A stretch of 63,661 bases of DNA, counting the filler, from an uncultured bacterium (lineage in GTDB: Bacteria; CAYUVA01), in the NCBI GenBank assembly GCA_964448115.1. It is 3 parts of 3 records of this genome, joined end to end, with 100 filler letters (N's around TTAATTAATTAA, not from the genome) between each part and the next. Parts side by side here need not be neighbours in the genome. Positions count along the whole stretch, not along the records: positions 45,625 to 63,661 come from CAYUVA010000062.1; 2 more parts are not named here. One strand, written 5' to 3'. A program made the position numbers and the translations under genes. A model generated the notes under the pieces. The model ran no database searches. It had not been told where the DNA came from and worked only from the letters and a program-made list of their open reading frames with translations. Position 1 is the stretch's first letter. Each line of letters opens with the position of its first letter. Of the stretch, positions 57,814-63,661 are shown one piece after another.

Positions 57814-58578
57814 TCAGATACACGATAGCAGTTCTTTGAACCTGTCCGCCGAGGCGGGGCTGTAGCCCTCGTAGTGATTGTTAAAGAAGCCATAGACCCT
57901 CAAGCCCATCTTTAGATATTCGTTCACCATCTTAGACCAGTATTTAAGATCCCCTAGTCGATCTTTCTTGATTCTATCAAATGGCGGTTTCAGTCCCCTG
58001 ATATCCCCAAGCCACCTTATGTAAACGAAATCAGCCTTCATATCGCGAGGCAGGCTGCTTATCCTGGGCATCCAGGGATGATCGACCAGGCAGTAGGTCA
58101 TATTGTCTCGATCGCATAGCCTTTGTATGCCATGCGGTATCCAGTTCTTGTTGCGAACCTCGATGACATACTCCAATGAATCGGGCAGTTGATCTAAAAA
58201 GTTTTTGAGTAAATCTTTCTTCGAGGGGGAGAATTTATAAGGGAACTGAAATAATATGCATCCAAGTTTTTCATTTAAGTTTCTTGCGATCCCTAAAAAT
58301 TGATGTAATACGCCCTGACAATCGACTAGTTGCTTATCGTGGGTGATGATACGAGGAGCCTTGAGACAAAAGATAAAGCCAGGCGGAGTGATCTCATACC
58401 ATCGTTTAAGGCTCTGTGCTTTGGGGATTGCATAGAATGTGCTATCCACCTCGACAGCATTGTATCTCTTGGCGTAATAAAGAAGGAATTCGCCGGCTTT
58501 GGTGCCCTTTGGATAGAATACTTGCAGCCACTCCTTATAGCTCCATCCAGAGGTACCTATGAATAGCTGATCATCCAT
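57814..58578 (-). CDS. DUF72 (YecE-like) protein
   Basis: IGTSGWSY..W...FYP, VE.DSTFY, KAPR.ITH, LFQFP, E.R...W, Y.RW.G and FFNNH..G motifs. Confidence 0.92.
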   Translation of the reverse strand: MDDQLFIGTSGWSYKEWLQVFYPKGTKAGEFLLYYAKRYNAVEVDSTFYAIPKAQSLKRWYEITPPGFIFCLKAPRIITHDKQLVDCQGVLHQFLGIARNLNEKLGCILFQFPYKFSPSKKDLLKNFLDQLPDSLEYVIEVRNKNWIPHGIQRLCDRDNMTYCLVDHPWMPRISSLPRDMKADFVYIRWLGDIRGLKPPFDRIKKDRLGDLKYWSKMVNEYLKMGLRVYGFFNNHYEGYSPASADRFKELLSCI

Positions 58579-58640
58579 GATCTTTATATTACTCAATTCT
58601 CGTTGCAATTTCCAAAGGGTTTGAGCCTTCCAAAACTCGC

Positions 58641-58686
58641 TATCACGGTATCTTTCATCTTTGGGTCCTTGCTTCTTTGCGTGATC
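58641..58686. repeat. Isolated copy of the repeat unit at 43591-43637
   Basis: TATCACGGTATC..TTC.TCTTTG.G.C.TTG...CTTTGCGTG.TC is shared between the two loci. Confidence 0.65.
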
Positions 58687-58708
58687 TTTTTACTTGTAAA
58701 ATATGTTC

Positions 58709-58737
58709 TTGACATTAGGACATTGGTATTATAAGTT
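58709..58737 (+). promoter_or_regulatory. Putative sigma70 promoter of the TPR gene
   Basis: TTGACA-N17-TAAGTT. Confidence 0.5.
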
Positions 58738-58814
58738 AATGAAGTGCAAATATGGCTATGTAAAAAATGCATGGCAGATCTAGTGAGCATTATGAATAAA
58801 ATAGAGAGCATGAC

Positions 58815-60881
58815 ATGGCAATCAATAGGGATAAGGTATTAAAAGCCGCTGCCAAGTATCTCAAAAAGGAGCAGTGGGACAATGCAGTCGTCGAATTCCG
58901 CAAGATCCTCGAAGAAAACCCTAATGATACCTATATCCTGAATCAGATCGGAGATTGCTACCTGAAGAAGGGCGATACCGATAAGGCGGTTAAGGAGTTC
59001 GAGAAGGCTGCGGAGATCTTTCGCCGCGACAAGCAGAACTACAAGGCTATTGCAATGTATCGCAAGATACTGCGCAATAATCCAGAGATGTTCGATGTCC
59101 ACTCCAAGCTCGCCCAGCTCTTTGCTGAACAGGGTCTGATACGAGAGGCTATCGACCAGTACAAGTGCGTAGCGGATAGCTACTCAGACAAGGGACAAGC
59201 CAGCGAGGCGCTCGACACATACCAACATATAGTCGATCTTGACCCCGGCAATCCACAGATGCGTCTTAGACTAGCCGAGCTGTACCAGAAAGAAGGCTTC
59301 AGCGAGAAAGCGATACGCGAGTATTCAAGAGTCGCGGAGCACCTCTTCAAGATGGGAGATCAAGAGGAGGCAATCGACATCTGGAAAAAGGCGATTGATG
59401 CTGATCCCAACAACATCTCCGCTCGCATCGGACTAATCAATGCCTACGAGGAAATGGGAAAGGTAGATGAGGCTCTGAAGGCTCTCAAATATGCGCTGGA
59501 TCTCTACGAAGATAACACCGAGCTTCTGATGGTCGCCGGAGAGATCTACACTCGCCAGGAAAACCTGGAACAGGCACAGAAGGCTTATGAAAGGGCACTT
59601 CGCTTCAATCCCAACGACCTGAATGCAATGGAGGCACTAGCTGTCAACCTGGCACTACAGGGCAAGCTAGCTCATGGAACCAAGGTCATAGATCGAGTCA
59701 TCAAACATCGCTATAAGAGACGAGAATACGGATATGCACTAAAGGCACTTAAAGAGTTCTCCAAGGCAGCCCCAGAGCACCTGGAGACACATCAGAAGCT
59801 TGCCGTCGTATATCAGAAGCTAGGACAGGACAAGGGCGAGTACGAGGAGTATGAGTACATCGCCGATTACTATTACAAGAAGGGCAAGTGGGAAGAAGCC
59901 TTCAATGTCTATGAGTCCCTGCATAAGCACGAGCCTGCCAATCCCAAGTTCAAGGAAAGACTCGAAGAGATCGGTAAAAAGATTGGCAGAAAGGTCTCCG
60001 AGAGCCTAGAGGTCGCACCGCCGATCTTCGAGGAGAAACCGAGCTTCGAGGAGGATGAGGATATCGAGATATCAGAAGAGATCTTCTCCGATGACTTCGA
60101 GGATGAGCCTATAACCACCGAACAACTCAAGGACGAGAGCTTTATCAAGGAAGCAGAGCCTTCCAAGTCAGGCTCCGGAACCATGGAGCTAAAGGAGGAG
60201 GATATCCTCGAAGAGGTCGATGTTTACATGCGCTATGGACTGCGCAGAAAGGCGGTCGATCTGATCCGCGATTCCTTGCGCTCCAATCCCAATCAACCAA
60301 AGCTCAGAAGAAGGCTCAAGGAGCTGACCGAGGACCTGCGCAAGGTAAAGGCTGCGAAACAGCCAGCGCCTCCAAAGGTTAAAAAAGCAGCGCCCCCGGT
60401 GAAGAAAAAAGCAGCCCCAAAACCTGAGGCGGTTGACAGCCTCAAGGCAGAGCTTGAGGAGCTGTTCAAGGACATAAAGGCGGGGGTCAGCCAGCAGCTC
60501 GGCAAGGAGGACTACGAGTCGCACTATAACATGGGCATAGGATACAAGGAGATGGGAATGCTCGATGAGGCGATCGAGGAGTTTATGATCTCATCGCAAT
60601 CGCAGGCATTTTTTGTCGATTCCTACAGCATGATCGGGCTTTGCTATACCTCAAAGGGGATGTATCCCCAGGCAGTGCAGACCTACCAGAAGGCTCTCAA
60701 GCACCCCAATATCGAGCTAGAGGCTAAGCTGGGCATTCACTACCAGATGTCGGAGATCTTCGAGAAATCAGGAAGGCTCGGAGAGGCGCTCAAGATCTAC
60801 GCCAAGATATACAAGCAGAATCCGAATTTCAGGGATATAAAGGCAAAGATCAGGAGTTTGCGCAAACAACTTGGCCGCTAA
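58815..60881 (+). CDS. Large cytoplasmic TPR protein (SgmX-like architecture)
   Basis: N-terminal TPR array, acidic linker, E.DVY..YGL segment, and C-terminal TPRs starting D.ESHYNMGI.YKEMG..DEAI.EF and ending P.FRD. Confidence 0.8.
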   Translation: MAINRDKVLKAAAKYLKKEQWDNAVVEFRKILEENPNDTYILNQIGDCYLKKGDTDKAVKEFEKAAEIFRRDKQNYKAIAMYRKILRNNPEMFDVHSKLAQLFAEQGLIREAIDQYKCVADSYSDKGQASEALDTYQHIVDLDPGNPQMRLRLAELYQKEGFSEKAIREYSRVAEHLFKMGDQEEAIDIWKKAIDADPNNISARIGLINAYEEMGKVDEALKALKYALDLYEDNTELLMVAGEIYTRQENLEQAQKAYERALRFNPNDLNAMEALAVNLALQGKLAHGTKVIDRVIKHRYKRREYGYALKALKEFSKAAPEHLETHQKLAVVYQKLGQDKGEYEEYEYIADYYYKKGKWEEAFNVYESLHKHEPANPKFKERLEEIGKKIGRKVSESLEVAPPIFEEKPSFEEDEDIEISEEIFSDDFEDEPITTEQLKDESFIKEAEPSKSGSGTMELKEEDILEEVDVYMRYGLRRKAVDLIRDSLRSNPNQPKLRRRLKELTEDLRKVKAAKQPAPPKVKKAAPPVKKKAAPKPEAVDSLKAELEELFKDIKAGVSQQLGKEDYESHYNMGIGYKEMGMLDEAIEEFMISSQSQAFFVDSYSMIGLCYTSKGMYPQAVQTYQKALKHPNIELEAKLGIHYQMSEIFEKSGRLGEALKIYAKIYKQNPNFRDIKAKIRSLRKQLGR

Positions 60882-60961
60882 GCGATTTTCAGGCATACAG
60901 CAGAACTTTTGCACTTACTGAATGTTATACATATAGTCAAGATGTGCTTAGCTTAATTGAT

Positions 60962-61034
60962 GCGGGTATAACTCAGTCGGTAGAGTACAAGCTTCCCAAG
61001 CTTGGAGTCGCGGGTTCGAATCCCGTTACCCGCT
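60962..61034 (+). tRNA. tRNA-Gly (anticodon CCC), CCA not encoded
   Basis: GCGGGTA/TACCCGC acceptor stem, CAAGC-TTCCCAA-GCTTG anticodon arm, GGTTCGAATCC T-arm. Confidence 0.95.
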
Positions 61035-61068
61035 TTATTTAGGGCAACAAGTTTTACTAGCATCAGGG

Positions 61069-63048
61069 TCATATTATCCCTAGCGATTCTGCATCTGCTG
61101 CCTGACCGTCAAGGTGGATGCGCAGCCATAGCTCAAGGATAATCAGATTCCACAACATAAAATAGTCGTCCTTGCCCGCGAGGAACTTCTTTTTGAGCAC
61201 CTCTATCTCCGGATAATTGAACATCCCGCGCCTGGTTACCGATTCCTTGGAGAGCACTCCATCGATAAGCCCCCGCAACGGTCCCTTGAGCCATATTTTA
61301 AGCGGAAATATAAACCCGCGCTTGGAGCGAGTAAGAATCTCTTCGGGCACCAAGCCGCGTAAGGCTTTTCTTAATATGTACTTTGTTAGCGGTGGTTGCT
61401 TTAGATCAGCGCTCCCTCTCAGCTTAAGCGAAGCTGGTAGATTGAAGGCGAACTCGACTAGCTGGTGATCCAGCAATGGAACGCGCACCTCTAGCGAACA
61501 AGCCATGCTCATCGAATCGGTATCCCTAAGCAAAAGGTCAGGTAGCTCATATTCAAGCATCATTTGGCTCACTTGCTGGATATCATCGAGACATGGCTCC
61601 TTCAGGTCGTCTTTGTCGCCAGGTTTATCTTCATCGTTTTTTACAGTTAAAAGGTGAGTTTTAATATCTTGTGCGATTCCACCAAATGCCATCTCGTGAT
61701 ACCATGAAGGTGCGAATAAATCTCTTATTTTTCGGGCACCCATGACTCTTCTGAGGTCATGGTACGCCTGGCTAAAATCGGATGAAACTAAGAAGCTCCT
61801 CCAGGTGCTCGCATAGTCGTGCCCCTTTATGCATCGCAAGCCGAATAGTAACATTTTCCTTAGCCAGATAGGCGCTTTGGAAATCCGATCTGCCATTTCC
61901 CTGCGCCTTATCATCTCCGCGAACCAGGGATATCCAGCAAATAACTCGTCCCCGCCAGTGCCTGATAGGGCTACCTTTACCTTTGAGGCAGCTAACCGGC
62001 TGACAAAGTACTCGTTGAGTCCGTCCCCGGTAGGGAAATCCATGTATCTTACTATCCTGGGCAGCTCGTTCAGCACATCGCGCCAGGTGAGGGTAACCTG
62101 CGTATGATCGCTACCATAATGCCGGGCGGCGATCTCAGCATATCGCTTCTCACCGAAATCATTGGCATCCAGGTCGTCGATGGAAAAATCGACCGAGAAT
62201 GTCTTCATCGGCTGAGAGCTATGATGGCTCATCAAGGCTACCAGGGCAGTCGAGTCTATGCCCCCGCTGAGAAAAGCACCCAGCGGTACATCGCTGACCA
62301 GGTGTTCCATGGTTGCCAACTCCAGCAATGCCATCAGACGCTCAACCGCCTCATCTTCGCTCATTGTAGGCTGATTGGTCGCCTTTAGGCTCCAGTAACT
62401 CTTCATGCAAAGGTTATTGATGTCATCGGTTTTCAAAATAAGCATCTTCGCAGGCTCCAACGCCTTGATCCCCTTGTACATGGTAAAGGGAGACGGTATG
62501 GCAGGGAAGGAGATATAGTGAAATAAGGCTTGTGCATCCAATTCCTTGGGTATGAGACCAGAAGCAACCAGGGCACCTATTTCAGAGGCAAAGATAAAAG
62601 TATCGCCTTTGTGATAATAATAAAGGGGCTTTATGCCCAGACGATCCCTTGCCAGAAGCAGGGTCTTGTTCGGCTTATCCCAGATAGCCAGGGCGAACAT
62701 GCCTTTTAGCCGCTCAAGGAAGTCGAATCCGTACTGCTCGTAAGCGTGAACCAGCACCTCGGTATCGGAGTTGGTATAGAAGCGATGTCCCGCATCGGAC
62801 AATTGATTGCGGAGACTCTTATAGTTGTAGATCTCGCCGTTGAAAATGGCGATGATGCTTTTATCCTCGTTGAAGATAGGCTGAGCGCCGGTCTCAAGGT
62901 CGATTATAGCCAACCGACAGATCCCTAAAGCGATGTCTGCATCTTCATAGTAGCCATCATCGTCCGGACCGCGATGACTCATAGCTAAAGTCATAGCTTT
63001 CACCGCCTCCAAGGATGGTTTAACTGCGATGCCGCCTACCCCGCACAT
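61069..63048 (-). CDS. asnB: Asparagine synthase (glutamine-hydrolysing)-family amidotransferase
   Basis: MCG N-terminus, HRGPD, RLAIID, FNGEIYN, RDRLGIKPLY, LSGGIDS, SGTGGDELFAGY, D..SM..SLEVRVP and K.GF..P motifs. Confidence 0.95.
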   Translation of the reverse strand: MCGVGGIAVKPSLEAVKAMTLAMSHRGPDDDGYYEDADIALGICRLAIIDLETGAQPIFNEDKSIIAIFNGEIYNYKSLRNQLSDAGHRFYTNSDTEVLVHAYEQYGFDFLERLKGMFALAIWDKPNKTLLLARDRLGIKPLYYYHKGDTFIFASEIGALVASGLIPKELDAQALFHYISFPAIPSPFTMYKGIKALEPAKMLILKTDDINNLCMKSYWSLKATNQPTMSEDEAVERLMALLELATMEHLVSDVPLGAFLSGGIDSTALVALMSHHSSQPMKTFSVDFSIDDLDANDFGEKRYAEIAARHYGSDHTQVTLTWRDVLNELPRIVRYMDFPTGDGLNEYFVSRLAASKVKVALSGTGGDELFAGYPWFAEMIRRREMADRISKAPIWLRKMLLFGLRCIKGHDYASTWRSFLVSSDFSQAYHDLRRVMGARKIRDLFAPSWYHEMAFGGIAQDIKTHLLTVKNDEDKPGDKDDLKEPCLDDIQQVSQMMLEYELPDLLLRDTDSMSMACSLEVRVPLLDHQLVEFAFNLPASLKLRGSADLKQPPLTKYILRKALRGLVPEEILTRSKRGFIFPLKIWLKGPLRGLIDGVLSKESVTRRGMFNYPEIEVLKKKFLAGKDDYFMLWNLIILELWLRIHLDGQAADAESLGII

Positions 63049-63206
63049 GTCTCAGAACTCATTACAGTCTATTATACTCTTTTCAAGTTAAGTTAGTTTT
63101 AAACTATAGTATAAATGGGATCTTTGATCATTGCTAGGGTTAATCAAAAGATGAAAATATTTGTAAAATAATACTGCTACCATTCCTGTTGGGAAGATAT
63201 ATAGTT

Positions 63207-63661
63207 AAATAGGGCATATGAACCACCACTTCAAGCCAATATTCATAGGGGTAAAATTTGAGGATCCAAGTGCCACTGCCATTTTTAAAAGCTCGATCTC
63301 GCAAATAAAGGCTTTGTCAAAAAAAGAATTAATGTTCCATGTGGAACATATGACTTAAATATTTGATTTTTTAGGTCGTTTTTCTCCAAATCTACATCAA
63401 CGGACTCAAGTTTAAAAGCCCAAAACGAGGGGTGCTAATTGATCTATTTAGATTAACTCGTTGATATTAAAGAATAATTTTTTTGAAAAATTCTTCCGAG
63501 GATCCTCATGCCTCCTATTTTGACCACGAAATATAGTGCCAAAATGGCACGCAGAAGGGGTAACTCATTGATTTATTTGATGTTTTGGATTAGCTAATAA
63601 TATCTAATATTGCTTATAACTCGTCTCTCGGGGGGTGCCGCATTTAATAATCTGCGCCAAA
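63207..63661 (+). repeat. Full copy of the ~450-bp dispersed non-coding element, ending at the window/contig end
   Basis: parS-like palindrome at 63333-63348; IHF consensus at 63356, 63454 and 63561; GTGCCAAAATGGCAC at 63536; ends GGGGTGCCGCATTTAATAATCTGCGCCAAA. Confidence 0.92.

Noticed and set aside
1-63661. Inverted match between the two window ends read as terminal inverted repeats of a linear plasmid or phage
   Set aside because: The ends belong to different contigs joined by linkers, a third copy is internal, the match is not flush with the right end, and the content is core chromosomal.

Overview
The window is not contiguous. It is three contigs (1-22787, 22888-45524, 45625-63661) joined by 100-nt artificial linkers (N44-TTAATTAATTAA-N44), from the chromosome of a diderm, LPS-making bacterium. 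Contig A holds an Fe-S redox gene pair, der, an O-antigen-ligase/TPR gene, a dcw cluster (mraZ-rsmH-ftsL-ftsI-murD-ftsW-murC-murB-ddl-ftsQ-ftsA-ftsZ, lacking murE/murF/mraY/murG), msrC-like, galT, a B12 radical SAM gene and tRNA-Arg(CCG). Contig B holds an envelope/LPS region (kdsC-kdsA-pyrG-kdsB-rfaE1, O-antigen ligase, glycosyltransferases, an atypical adenylate-forming protein), an NSS transporter with a small partner ORF, and a repeat-dense accessory segment. Contig C holds an IS256 remnant, a ~2780-aa secreted multidomain protein, an LVIVD protein, DUF72, a TPR protein, tRNA-Gly(CCC) and asnB. The main unexplained signals are: (1) a ~450-bp non-coding element in three copies with a parS-like palindrome and three spacing-conserved IHF consensus sites, resembling a CRISPR leader although no array is visible; (2) an exosortase-like sorting signal plus a second signal peptide inserted inside an N-terminal domain of the giant protein; (3) a lipoprotein reading frame that runs through several different REP-like palindromes; (4) IS-associated inverted repeats flanking the giant gene. 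All identities are by-eye estimates and no database searches were run.
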